A DNA stretch of 64,000 bases from Lama glama. Lineage: Eukaryota. The notes under the pieces were generated by a model. That model was not told the origin of the DNA. It saw only the letters and a list, made by a program, of their open reading frames with translations, and ran no database searches. The position numbers and the translations under genes are program-made. Location: the NCBI GenBank assembly GCA_028534125.1, contig CM052817.1, positions 26,538,001 through 26,602,000 on the forward strand. Direction: 5' to 3'. This document shows, one piece after another, positions 34,448 to 47,240 of the stretch (the first letter of the stretch is position 1; each line of letters starts with the position of its first letter).

Positions 34448-37400
34448 ACCTGTTATATTTTGACACATAATTTTCCTTTCGGGAGTCTCTCTAGATTTCA
34501 TCTGCTTTGATCCCACTCTAGTTTCTGTTCCCACGTTGCTACCAAAGGCTTATGTTTCCCAAGAGAAAGTGGGTTTGATTTCAAAGGATTCTTTAGGCTG
34601 CCTCCTGGGTCTGAGAATGTCATGTGCTTACTCACCAAAGGGGTTCTGATCACCTGCCATGTGGTGGGTGCTGTGCTGGGTTGGGGGCAGGGGTGACAAC
34701 AGAACAGGGAGCCACATCCCTGCCCTCAGCGAGCTGCCACCTCCCAGGAAAACATGAAGTCAAGCGAGGAAAGTGGGCATCCTGCGTGTACCAGGGCCCA
34801 GGGCGGAGGAAGGCATTAGGGCTGCGGTTCTCAGTGTCAGGCTGAAATTGAGGAACCCTCTCTTTTGTTCTGACCATTTTCATCTTCCACAGTGTTTGCT
34901 TTTTTCCCCCTGGTAATGCTCCTTGTCTGCTGTGTTGTGAAGACAGTTTGAGAGGAACCTTCCAACCACCCTTCGCACATTTTCCATCTGTCAATCTTGA
35001 GTGCTGACTATCGGGTGGTGCAGCTTGGGGAAGCCCATCTTCCTTACGAGCCACAGCTAGAAGTTCACCCGCTCGCTCTCCTGAATTCTCTTTGCCCTTC
35101 CTCCAACCTGTGTGCTGCGGCCAAGACGGGGAGGAACTGAGTCCCATGGAAGGAATTTTATTTCTCTCTAGCAGTTTAGCAAGATAGGCTTGAGAAGAAA
35201 GCCACATCAAAAGAGGAGGCTGCTGCCGCCCTTAGGTACCACTGTAGGTCTGAGTCAGTCAGAGCCCTGGTTTCCACAAGGCGCCTGCAGCAATCTTGGG
35301 GCAGTTAATATTTTCCATTCATAAAGGTATCCGTGACCATTTTACGGTACGTGTGTAAGAGTCCCCATGACACAATGCCACCCATACCACCTCATGTTGA
35401 CAAATCAGTTCTGCGCCCACAGCCGACTTCGGTTAATTAGCACTGTAATGTTCTAGATTCATTCTTTGACCAGGAGACATTATCTGGGGAAGTAAAATCC
35501 AGGGAGTCAGATGACCTGAGTTGAAAACCCTAAATATCTTTAGGGAACTTATTAAACTTTCTAAATATCAGTTTCTGGTTGTATGAAATAATAATAATTT
35601 TATCATGTGAGATAATGTTAGTACCCACCTTACAATGTAAATAAGTTTAAATAAAGGTAATGCGCTTACCATGTGGGTGGGTCACATGGAGACACAGTAA
35701 AATGTTCTCCTCTGTTAATTCTGGGGCATCTTCAGTCTTGCTGGTGACCGAGAAATACAGGAGGTAAGAAGATGTACCACTTGGTCTGAAATAGGTTGCC
35801 CACAGTGCATGGAGTGTACTTTGCCCCAAGTACATTGGAAATTGCCCCCAGTACATTGAAGTTTCCCAGTTCAGTAAGGTCTTTGTGAATTGGTCCAAGA
35901 CCTTAAACAAACCAGGCACAGAGCTGCTGGTGTCTCTTCTCATCCTGGAGGCAGGGCTCCGACTGTCCAACACACCTGGATGAAGCAGGAGAAACTGTAC
36001 CCCAAATACTGTAGGCTGAAGCGCCAACCAGACAGAGATCTCGAGGGACATTTTTAGGAGAAGGCTCTGAGGTGAAGTTGTTGGAGAAATGGCAAAAGGG
36101 AGAGAAAAACGAGAGAGTGAAAGTAGAGAAGGTTTGACTGGATCCTCGCGCTCTGCCTGATTTTCCCTTTTTTTCCTCGCCTCCTTGAAACTGGCAAGGA
36201 GACCTCCCTGGCTGTGCTGGAGCTGCTTTAGGAAGGTGAACACAGCACACGTCTGACCCCTCATTTGGACCCTTACCGACTGTGAGAGAAACTTGTCCCA
36301 GGAAGGGGATGGGCACACGAGTGCACAGAAGTGCTCACTAGATCTTCTGTCTCAGAAAAGGGTGAGGAGTGCCTGGTGGGCTGGCTGGGGCCCCCGCGGT
36401 GGGGAGGCTTTTAGCATCTCAGGGTGCTGTGGGAGGATGGAGCCAGCTGCGCTTACAGAGAACAGAACACCCCTCCTCTTTACATTGATTTAAGCTGATT
36501 TTCACTGTCGGGTTCTTTAATAAAAGCTGTGGGAGTGGGTTGCCATGGTTATGCTGGTTTTAACAGTTAGGAAATTAGGGCTAAGTGGCTTCCCTCAGGC
36601 CCTGCAGCTTTTAGCTGCTGCATTAACTTCTTCTCCGGGAGACGCTACTCTGCAGGGGGGAAAGGATCGCAGATGGGCGTGTCTGAGGAGCCACTGGGGA
36701 GGCGGGTGAATTTGATTTGAAAGAATTTATGCTTTATCCATAGACAAGAGGTAGAAAGGGTGATGGTCCGGGGAAAGGGCTTTTAGGGTCAAGGGAAAGG
36801 GCTTTGGCGGAATCTCAGCTTTGTCATGTACCACCGAAGTGACCTTAAGCAGACGATGTGACTAACCTCTTGGAAAAGTAGGGACTCTCCAGTACGCACT
36901 TCAGAGACAACGGCGTGCACTCATAGGGTTAAAGGAGATGGATGATATGTGACCCATGGGAAGCTCCCAGGGAGCTTATTTCACCAGGTCCTTTCTCTGC
37001 CGGTATCTCAAGGGCTCCTAGAATAACCCCAGATGCTGGTGTCCATGGCATCTAGTTTTCAGGAGGAGAGAACTGGAGCAGTTTCTCAGGGACCTCCTCC
37101 GCTGGCCTTTAAGACTGACACGTGCCTTCTTCTCTAACTTCATCTCCCTCCCTTGCCAAGCCCAGGTTGCCTTGTACAGTCTCTACTCTGCAACCCTCTC
37201 CCCTGGCTTTTCATGAGACCAGCTCCTTCTCCTCCTTTGGGTTTCAGCTAAGGTCACCTCCTCGGAACGACTTTTCTAATCAACCTCCCTCAATACTAGT
37301 CAATCTCTATCACTTTATTTATTTTCTTTAACTGATACACTATGGTCAGCAATGATTTTGTTTATTGTCTTTAAACAACTCATCATCATCTGAAGTCATC

Positions 37401-37477
37401 GTGTTTGTTATTCAACTTCCCCGACTAGAATACAAGCTCCTATTTTTCTTACTATTCTCCTTGGATTGAACCTAATC

Positions 37478-37870
37478 TTGGGGCCCCTCTGGAGTCTGTG
37501 GTGGGCATTTGAGCTCTAAGGATTTAGATAGAAAAAACTCGCATCTGTATTTTTTCTAACCCCTAACTGAAATTTAGCATTTCCTTCCATCGTGAATGTC
37601 GGCAACAAACCACAGTCATATGACTTGTGCTCGAGACTTTGTCACCGACTACTGCTTTATAGATATCTTCAAATGTCACTCATGCTGGCTGCTAATATGA
37701 AGTCACAGTATTTCTTAAACCCGCTGCTAGGTCTTATTATTTAAGGCAATAATAAAGAAACGTATACGTTACCTTATCACAATTTTAAAATAGTTTGGTA
37801 ACTATTCCAACACACTTGGCTTCTTTTATAATTTTCTGTGTTTATTTTATGCATTTAGAAAGCATTAGCC
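37478..37870. mobile_element. hAT-Charlie-like fossil (right end probably at ~38615-38690)
   Basis: CTAACTGAAATTTAGCATTTCCTTC...GGCAACAAACCACAGT...TTTTATGCATTTAGAAAGCATT. Confidence 0.55.
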
Positions 37871-37871
37871 T

Positions 37872-38437
37872 GGGATATAATTCAACCCATAACAGCCCTC
37901 TTTCTCTATCTTCACAGCCAGCAGTGGCAGGTCGAGTCTCTCTCAAGTCTTAAATCTCTTTTGCCTCCTCTTCCGTCTTCTCTCTCTGGCTAAACTCTTC
38001 TTTCACTTTTTTTTCTTTTTTCTTTTATTGGAATTTAGTTGATTTACACGTTGGATTAGTTTCTGGTGTACAGCACAGTGATTTAGTCATACATATATAT
38101 GCATATTCTTTTTCATATTGTTTTCCATTATAGGTTATTACAAGATATTGAATATAGTTCCCTGTGCTATACAGTAGGACCTTGTTGTTTATCTACTTTA
38201 TATTTAATAGTTTGTATCTGCTAACCCCAAACTCCCAATTCCTTCCTCTTTCACTTTTAAGGGCCCATTTGATTACAATGAACTCACTTGGATAATACTG
38301 GGTGATCTCCATATGGGGATAATCTCCTGGTATCAGTTCCATTCAGAAGGTCTTTTTTTGTCATATAACATGGCACAGCACAAGCTCCGGGGACAGAGCA
38401 CGGACATCTTTGAGGGGCCGTTATTCTGCCTACCATA
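37872..38437. mobile_element. MLT1 LTR fragment split by an L1 3' end
   Basis: CTTTTAAGGGCCCATTTGATTAC...GGATAAT...GGACATCTTTGAGGGGCCGTTATTCTGCCTACCA. Confidence 0.75.
38011..38246 (-). mobile_element. 5'-truncated young L1 3' end
   Basis: GGTGTACAGCACAGTGA...GATATTGAATATAGTTCCCTGTGCTATACAGTAGGACCTTG; T-tail; 12-bp TSD TCTTTCACTTTT (37999-38010 / 38247-38258). Confidence 0.9.
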
Positions 38438-38799
38438 GCTGTAATATTCTTTTCAACCCTGTTTGTATTATGCTGGGAAAAAGAGGAGGTACAATTATAT
38501 CTACTGTATCTAACTATAGTGGTGAGGTTCAAGTAAAATAAGTAAACTGATATAAAGTGATATTTATGTAAAATTCATCATCCTTAAAAAAAAAGACAAA
38601 ACAAAACAAAACTTTAGCCTGAAAAAGTGGTCCACAGGTTTCTGCCAGATTTCTAATAGAGATCACAGCAAAAAAGGATATTTATCTCTGCAACCTAGAA
38701 TAGTGATTGGCATATGTAGGAGCTTGATAAAAAATGAAAAATGTTTCTGAATGAATGAATGAGTTCAATGAAGGGAGGTGGAGAAGGAAACAGTGACCT

Positions 38800-39715
38800 T
38801 GGAACTGAGCAGAACCCTATCACCCCTGCCAAGTACAAAAGGCCCCTCCATGTCCCCAGGCCTGGATCCGTGGCGATCACAAGTCTGAGAACTGGCCTTA
38901 AGAGAATGAGATTAATACTGTTGCGCATAGTAACCTGTATCTTTGTGGGCATCAAAATAATTGTAGCTTGTTCTGCCAGTATATGTAAGCAGGCACCTAA
39001 AACTGTCAGCAAAGAGCTGCTTCAACCCCATGTCAATATATTTGACTCTAAGACCTTGACACTCTTTCTCAAATTGATGTAGTTACAGAAGACAGAATTT
39101 CACCCAAAATGCCGTAGAAATGGAATGATATCTGACAGGGGGGGATTTGTAAGCAGCTCTTTGCAGAAAATCGCCCTCAGCAGGAAACCCATTCTGCCTG
39201 TCACTCTAGCAAAGCTACACTGTAACTAACTCAGATACTCTCATGCTCTGCTCATCTCCTGCTCAAGCACACTTCAAATCTTTTGATCCACGATACCTTG
39301 CCTAGCCTTTTGGCTCTTTGCATAGATCAAAGAAGTAGAAATGAAGAATAAATATTTAACAGATGACCAGATCTCTTCCCTAGCTTCCCCTTCGGTAATC
39401 TCAGGAATAAACTTCGTGAAAAAATTGTGTGAACGAGAAAGCATCTAAAGAAAAGATTGCAAGCCTGCACACAATGAAGGATGGCAAGGACTCTGATCCC
39501 TGTCTCAATCATTAACGTAGATTACTTCCCTTCTTCCCTTTAAACACTTTCATGGTGGAGCAGAATCTTCTGAGATGGTTTTTTGGGGACCCTGAGTCCA
39601 CCGTCTCCCCAGATTGCCAGCATTCTGATTAAAAGCAACTTTCCTTTCTATTAACATTTGCCTCTCTTGGGTATTGACTTTTGAGCAGCGAGCAGCTGGA
39701 CTGAGTTTAGTAACA
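38800..39715 (+). mobile_element. ERV1-type solo LTR (~915 bp; 5' boundary uncertain)
   Basis: TG...GTAACA termini, CCCTTTAAA TATA-like box near 39540, ATTAAA at 39628, U5-like GAGCAGCGAGCAGCTGGAC; near-TSD ACCT / TCCT. Confidence 0.65.
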
Positions 39716-40190
39716 TCCTAAGCAGAGGAAACAGCATTCAAAGGCTGGGGGCTCTGTTCTTTGTTATAGAAAAAGAAAAACTATCTGGTACAGTTTGAGC
39801 TTTGAGAGCTGGGGGTAGTGTTATAAGCTAACACTAACAAGGCAGCCTGGCTGAACTTCATCCTGGGGCAGTGGCAGGCTGATGGGAGGTATTAGGCAGG
39901 GCAGGAATAATGATATTTGGGTTTTTAAAAATCCCTATGGCTGCCAAGAGGAGAGGAAAATGAAGAAAGCGAGTGTAGATGTCAAATAAAAGGCTACTGT
40001 AGGTGGTTTGAAATAGGCTGAGGGTGGAGGTAGAAAGAGATGGATGGATTTTGAGAGCAATTTCTGAGACGAAATAGCCACCACTTGAGGGCTGATTAGA
40101 AGTAGGGGTGGGGAGGGAAAACAGGAAGCACAGAACGACTGGGCTTTCCTGCCTGAGTCCCTAAGTGATGATGGCAGGTGGCTGACTGAG
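39716..40190 (-). mobile_element. L2 fragment
   Basis: GCAGAGGAAACAGCATTC...GGAGGTAGAAAGAGATGGATGGATTTTGAGA...GGGCTTTCCTGCCTGAG. Confidence 0.6.
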
Positions 40191-40639
40191 AGCAGGGACA
40201 CAATGGGAAGGCGGAGCAAGGAATGTGGGCAGGTCCCCAGGCACATGAAGCTGCAGGTAATAGTGTTCTTATTTTGCTCAGCCTGGCTTTGCTAAAATGT
40301 CTTGCAACTAGAAAGGTGGTTTGAGACCCCAGTTTTAGTCCTAGTTCTGCCACTGACTTGCTTCCTCAGGCACCTCTCTTAACTTCTTTGTTTTCTCACC
40401 TGAACAATGGAGCTATTGGCACTTGGTCCTGCGACGACACTTCACGTGCTGGAGTGACGCCCTTCTCCCACCCGCTTTCCTCCGGTCAAGTCAGGAACAT
40501 CTGAGCCCTTGACTTTGCCAAAGGCATCTCAGAGTTAATGATTCTTCTCTAAGCCTTGAACAATAGTTAGGGTCTCATAGTAATATCATGATGAAATTAA
40601 TTAATATTATTATTACTAATAAAAGCTAATCCAGATTGA

Positions 40640-40866
40640 TCTGTCATCCTATCTCACACACTCTGCTGAGTGCTTTATGCGCATTATTCCTTTTCATTCT
40701 CTATGATAACACTGTGAGGTGGACATTTATTATACCCAATTTACAGATAAGGAAATTGAGGCTAGGGGTTTAAGTTACTCCCCCAAAGTCACACAGCTGT
40801 AGGTGGTAGAGCAGAAATTGGAACTCATGCAGTGTGACCCTAGAGTCTGTGCCCTTAATCACTACA
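40640..40866 (-). mobile_element. MIR SINE
   Basis: CCAATTTACAGATAAGGAAATTGAGGC...CCCAAAGTCACACAGCT...GCCCTTAATCACTAC. Confidence 0.85.
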
Positions 40867-42128
40867 TATCCCTGCCTTCTTGGATTAATCACTGGTATTC
40901 GTAGGAGTTATCCTGACCCCTGGGGCCTAGATTGAATCAGATCATCTCTCCACTCCATATCTGGTGTAATGAGATGCCCTCCCTGAGATGTCTGTGAATT
41001 CAGGTGGGCTTGTGTTGCCATGGCAATCTGGCTCGGAGCTTCTGCTCTGTCAGCCCAGCTACAGGACCCAGAGCCTCTCCTTGAGTTCTACCAAGTTTTT
41101 CACTCAAACAGGCCTTTATGTTTGTAGCACATGTTGCCAAAAGTCAAAAGGTGGCGGGTTTATAACACAGAAAAATGCATATTTAAAAAAATTGAATAAT
41201 AGTTATCTCCATTTTTCTAAAGTCCCTCAGTGATTTTGCCACTGTATTAGTTAAGATTTAGGGCAAGCTGCTGAACTAAGATTCTCCCCTTGGCCTCCCC
41301 AACCCCTACCCAAAAACTACTTGGCTTTATCTCTCTTCCGTGTTTAGGCTGAGAGGCAGCTCTCCTTCCTACTGAGGTTAGAAGAAGGAACTTCAAACCG
41401 CAGTTCCTTCTGTCTTGTTGCTTTGCCATCCCTGGCAGTGGCTGGTCCTCATGTGCATGGTCAAGGCCAGATCAAGCCACACCTATGAACAGCCCATTGG
41501 AAGGGGAGGGGTGAATACTGGTGCACAGTAATCAGTTTATCAGATCATAAGTGGTAGGAATGGGAATGGAGGTTGAACTGTAGGCACAGAGACCCCTGAA
41601 TGTTAGACCATGTAATTGGGGCTTTGTTGGAAGACTACAGAGAAACATCACAGATTTTGAGCAGGCTAGCCATGTCATCAGAGCCATGACTTAGCAGTGT
41701 CAATTAAGAGCCTGACCTGCTCCACCTTCTAAACTCACCATTGTAGAAAGAAATGTGGTAGATTTGAATTTATAAGTTGTTACAATTTGGCTAACAGTAT
41801 ACATAATAAAAATGGTAATAGTAGTATACGTACATATGGAGAATGGAGGAGAGAACTTGATTTTAAAGAATTGGTTCCCACAATTGTGGAGGCTCACAAG
41901 TCCAATATCTGGAGCATAGGCTGGCTGGCTGGAGACCAAGGGAAGTGGGGCAGACTGCGGCGTCCCACTGAATCCTGTGCATGTCACAATGTTAGTATTT
42001 ACTGCATTAAATCGAAAGATTACTTGTTTATGTGTACACTTTCTGCATTAGGCAGTATACTTTTGAAAACAGAGAATACTTTTGAAAACCTTATTCCCTC
42101 AGCAACTGGTATAGGTGAAGCTCAAAAC

Positions 42129-42151
42129 TGTGTGTGTGTGTGTGTGTGTGT
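42129..42151. repeat. (TG)n microsatellite
   Basis: Direct read. Confidence 0.95.
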
Positions 42152-42771
42152 TTGTGCCATGAATGGAACCCATCCTCTGAAAAAGGCCCTCATCCCCCCA
42201 TATCTACCTTGAGCTCCACCACATCCAAGAATTCTACCATGACTGCTGCCATCTTGAATGATCTCCACCTAACAATCTGTAAGACTCTGTGACATCTTGA
42301 ATCTGTACCACATGGCAGAGCATGAATTCATCCTCCATCTTCATTTCCCTAGACCTAAAACTTCTACTGATTAAGTCAAATTGAAATAAGGAAAAATAAA
42401 TTTAAAACATTAAAAAAAGGTATCCTATCATCTTTGCAGTAACCACATCCATTTTAAAATTTTTTATAGTTTCTACTGAAATGATGTTTTTAAAAAAATT
42501 AATGAAAGAAATACAAGTTCATTATAAGATGTTTTGAAAGTGTCAAAGAGTATAAAGAGTAAAATAAACAGCATCCCTAATCCCATAACTCAGAGACAGC
42601 CACAGTAACTTTCTGGTGCAGTCTCTTCCCGTCTCTTTTCTTTGTCTGTATCTAGTGTATGAATTATCATAATGACTAATATTCATTGAGTGTGTTCTAC
42701 TCTAGGGGTCAAAGTAGCCCAAGCTCACTTGCTTTTCAACAATCTTATGAGGAAAATGTTACCATTATCTT

Positions 42772-42918
42772 AAAAAAATTTTTTTAAATTTTTATTTATT
42801 TTATTTTGGTGGGGGGAGGTAATGAAGTTTACTTATTTATTTTTGGAGGAGTGCAGGGGGTTGACCCCAGGACTTCATGCATGCTAAGCATGTGCTCTAC
42901 CGCTTGAGCTCCTCCCCT
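42772..42918 (-). mobile_element. tRNA-Ala-derived SINE (Vic-1-like, long tail) inserted in a MIR
   Basis: Minus strand GGGGAGGAGCTCAAGCGGTAGAGCACATGCTTAGCATGCATGAAGTCCTGGGGTCAACCCC...AAGTAAACTTCATTACCTCCCCCC plus A-tail; TSD ACCATTATCTT / ATTATTATCTT. Confidence 0.88.
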
Positions 42919-43627
42919 CTATTATTATCTTTTTTAGAGGCAAAAAAAAAAAAAAAAAAACCCTCCGGAGACACAGAGAGGTTAAGTAGTTTGTTCAAGA
43001 CACACAATAGGTAAGACAGTGTGTCCCTGTGTGTGCGTGTCTGTATTTGTGTGTGTAGATATGTGTGAATGTTTATATAGATACCCTTTGTTTTTTGGTA
43101 GGCTGCTGAGGGTTGGAAGTTTTACATACACAAGATTCGATGACAAATTTAGCTCCTAGAAATCACTTGGCAGTTAGCTGACACCTTGCAGGCAACCTCG
43201 GTATTAGCATTTCACAGCCTGACATGCGGGGCCACCTGCAGATCAAGGCTCTGCTTGTCTGCTGGCTCCAGTCCTGCTCCAAAGAGGCCTCCAAGGGTCA
43301 ATTCACTCTGAAGTTTCCCCATTTTTGATGGCGTGGGGAGCTAAAGAATACTTCTCAGGTTTATTCCATGGAAATCCTACCCAGCTGCTTGTCCCTCAGG
43401 AGAACTCATATAAAGTGACTCATGTTTCCAGTTCTTATTACAGTTATATTTTAAAAAATTGATAAAAATGATTACTGTGGATCATAAAAATATTTGATAA
43501 ATACCTAACAAAAATTAATTTTTCTGTATAGTGAGAGTAAGTGCTAAACTAGTAGTTTCTAAGAAATATAAAGTAAAGCTCATGGTAGCTACGAGTGACC
43601 TGTAGGCAGAGCTTTGTGAAACATATT

Positions 43628-44032
43628 GTACCGTTCCAATTATTTATTGCCATAGAACACCAGTCATTTACTGTTAATCGGACTCAGGAGGTGGTTTCCA
43701 CTTGGAGTCTCTCATGAGGTTGCAGTCAGATGTTGACTGAGGCCAGAGGCATCTCAAAGGCTGTCGGTTCTCTCAGGTTTCAACTGGAGCTGAGGACGCG
43801 AACATCCATACTTGGCCTCTCCATTGTCACTTGGGCTTCCTCAAACCTTGGCAGCTGGTTTGAAGAGCAAACACCCTGAGGGAGAGCTAGGCTAAAACAT
43901 CTTTTATAATCCAGCCTCGGAAGTCACACAGCGTCCTTTAAGTCCAGCCCACGTTCACGTGTAAGGGAATTAGATTCTTCCTCCTGATGTGAGGAGTGTC
44001 CAAGAATTCAGACTTGTTTTAATGTCATCATA
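43628..44032. mobile_element. MaLR LTR (MLT1H-like)
   Basis: TGCAGTCAGATG...GGCCTCTCCA...CTTGGGCTTCCTC...CCAGCCTCGGAAGTCACACAGC. Confidence 0.75.
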
Positions 44033-44504
44033 TGTAGAAACTGCAAACTTTACAGTTCTCATCAGATAACAGTCATCCCCATGCTCGCTCTTACAGTGGG
44101 CTCACCCTCTGAAGTGTCCTGGGCACACGTAGAGCTTCGGCACCCTCTGACTTGTTCTCCGAGGCCCCAATTTTGGGTGCATTACCTTTTATGACAAATA
44201 GCTCTACAATGCCACCTATCTCCTGGATGTTGTCATTGTCTTTAAAAATCCTTGGTTCTGACGGTGTTTTGTGGGGCCGCCATGATTCTCTGCATGGAGC
44301 CTCACAGGGGAAAGGCCGTATAAGGAGGCTGGATGAGTTTCCTCTGTGTTGTGGGCTTTCCCTCCCACAGCTGCGTGCGGCAACTGAGGTATAACAGAAG
44401 GCTCTACTTAAGTCAACAGCAGGTAGTAACTGGAAGGAGGACAGCCATCGGAGAAGTGAAGAGGAAGTGGATCAATCCTTTGGGTCACAATTACGTTACC
44501 AATA

Positions 44505-44735
44505 ATACTCAGCATTTATTGAGCACTTCCTCTATCCTGGGCAGCATATAAACCATGTTGCCTGCATTACCTCATTTAACTACTCTTCCTACCAGCCTTA
44601 AGTGATAGGCACTATTTTTATCTTCACTTTACAGAAAAGAAAAAGGTGGTCAGAGTGGTTGAGTGACTTGCCCCAAGTTGCACAGCAACTAGCAGATAGA
44701 GCCTGGATTTGAACTCAGGTATGACTGACTCAAAA
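44505..44735 (-). mobile_element. MIR SINE
   Basis: CATTTATTGAGCAC...GAGTGACTTGCCCCAAG...GAGCCTGGATTTGAACTCAGG. Confidence 0.85.
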
Positions 44736-46559
44736 GGCCATTGGGGTCAGAACCCCAGTGAATGTGACCACTGGGGTCAGAACCCCAATGCTTTGGCTTG
44801 AAACCTTACTTTGGATGATTTTAACGATTAACTTCTTTGTGTTTCAGTTTTCTCATTGGCAGAGAGAGGATGATTTTCTTTACTTTGTGGGTATATCCCA
44901 CAGAGGTTTTAGCCTTAAATGGGAAGAGGCATGTAAGGTGTTTTGCACTCAGAAAATGTTAATTATTCCTCCTCCACCTTTACTACTTACATCTGCTAGA
45001 GTGGTGATCTATTAAAAAGGGTAACATGCTAAAGACCTGGAGGTCTAAGGAGGTTCAGAATGAGGAATCAGCCATAGAGCCACTGTCAGACCTCAGCCTC
45101 CAGCCCTTATTTCAGTTGTGAAATTTCAGTTGTGACTCCAGGTTCGCATCTGCAAAATGGGCACAAGACTGGGACTTTGTTATGATAAATGGAGGACCTG
45201 AAAGCTTTCTCTACTATGGCATCCCAGGCCTTTCTCTATTTCCAAGTCCAACTAAATTTGCAAACTGCTTACCAAACCAAACACAAACGCTACACAATGA
45301 AAACTGATTCAGGTACTCAGAGTCAGAAAGAGGGGCTGGTGAAACACCCTCTCCACCTCCTTGCTGGGTTTAAAGCACTTTCTAATCCCAAATGGCCAGA
45401 ATCTAATCTCTTCCTTTTGGGTTAAACCTTGGAGAGTCGGGGTATGATTTACTGAAATGTGTTTCCACTGCAGGAAAACTGTGATCTATTGCAGCAAGAT
45501 TTCTTCCACTGTCTCTATGAGTAACTTGGAGGCTGTGGCTGGAATGGGCCCAAGGTAGAGGCTGGTGGGTGGTGTGGCCGGCCATCTTCCATCAGTGTTG
45601 CTCAGCTTGGGATCAGCGCTGTCTTCTAAGCCCAAAGAGGGTGGGAGGTTTTTCACTGGCTCCACGTTGTCGATGTGTGCGGTTCACCCCCTCCCAGGCA
45701 GGCTGATTTGTGAATGTGCTGAACTCTAGTGCACTAGGCGGCCTAACCACAGAGAGAGGTGTTTTGTTTCTCTACCGGATACACCTGCCCAAAACGCAGT
45801 GTTCACTCATGCTGCAGGCTCTGGTTTGTTGTACTTTTGAAAGATTGCACCCTCCAGATAAACTAGAGGGTACAATTGTGTGCATTGAGAACCTGTGGAG
45901 GCTGAAAAGGAATGAAATTGATTTTCTTTTCTTTGGGGGACAAGGGACAATTTTATAAAAGTGTTTTTCCATCCAAATGAGCATTCTTCACTTTCTCGTA
46001 GTCATTATTTCCCATAGCATACCACCCCAAGGCTTTTAGGGATATGTGGACAGAGCATTAAAGAGCATTGAGTCACAGACTGAGAAACTTAGTCCCTGTT
46101 AAATTTTTTTCAGTCTTTCTGGTTTTTGTCAGGAGAAAAACTTTCATTTGAAGCTAGTATTTCTTTAACGTCTAACACTCACTAATCTCCCTTTAAAAAC
46201 ACACACACATAAAATGAATACAGACTTCAGATTTGGAGTCTTTGGTTAGGTCTAGTATCTCCTTAAATGTTATACTATTTTCTAGATAAAATTTGATAAT
46301 ATTGTTTTTTATTATGTTTGTTTTGGGGATTATCTTTAATTTATGACAAGGGATAGAAGTTTACCATTTATTTTAGGGATATTATGTCTCTTTTAAAAAT
46401 AAATATATTCAGGTTTTAAAAATCAGCTAATTTAAGGAAAAATATTAAGTAAATAAATGTACAGGTGCTATTTATAAAGAAGTCACAGGGATGGTATGTG
46501 GTGATATTTGGATATGGTAGAAATTGGGGAGGGAGCACATAAGTGTCTGACTGTGAGCA

Positions 46560-46770
46560 GCTAAGCTTTGGAGTCGGACAAACTTGACTTTGAATAGCTG
46601 TCTACCACCTACTAGATACATGACCTTGAGCAAGTTATTTAATCTGGTTCCACATCTGTAAAATCAGAAGAATGGCAGTTCATTACCCACCTTAGGATTT
46701 TTGTGAAGACAATACATGTAAGGCTGTAATGCATAATCCTAGAACATACTCAAGGAAGTTAGCCGTTATT
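46560..46770 (+). mobile_element. MIR SINE
   Basis: CTTTGGAGTCGGACA...TGACCTTGAGCAAGTTATTTAATC...CATCTGTAAAAT. Confidence 0.8.
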
Positions 46771-46869
46771 GTTATTACTATTGCCAGGGAATGTGCTTGT
46801 GTAAACACAGTACATAGCACACGGTAAAGTGTAACTGCTCCTATAATTGCTGTCGCTATCATTAGCAAT

Positions 46870-47240
46870 ACGTTCATTGGCAGATGTTAAGATGGAATTA
46901 GATGTGGGAGGGATTTATGAGGGGGAAAGCCTGTGCAGGATAAAGGAGGAGGGAGCAGAAGAAAGTGGGAAGAGAAGTTCTGATATCTGTGAAAGAAAGG
47001 CGACTTGGGCTGGTGGAGTCCTAGACTGTAGCACAGTTACAAGAAAGGTTCGGCCAATGAGAAGTCCTGGAGCCAAAGTCGACCCCTGGAGAAGTCACCC
47101 TCTGTGCTCAGTTATTAGCTGTGAGCAGCTCAGGAAGTTGGTCTTCATGTAAACATGCTGGCGGACCCAGAGGGCATCTGGGGCACGGTCACTTAGGTCC
47201 CCCCCGCAGATCCCAGCAGCACATTTTGTGGCTGCCAGGC
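46870..47240. mobile_element. ERVL LTR fragment (LTR16-like)
   Basis: GATTTATGAGGGGGAAAGCCTGTG...GAGTCCTAGACTGTAGCACAG...TGTGCTCAGTTATTAGCTG. Confidence 0.55.

Noticed and set aside
34650..36318. 186-aa and 223-aa minus-strand ORFs
   Set aside because: Non-ATG starts and no domains; lengths are attainable by chance in 64 kb.
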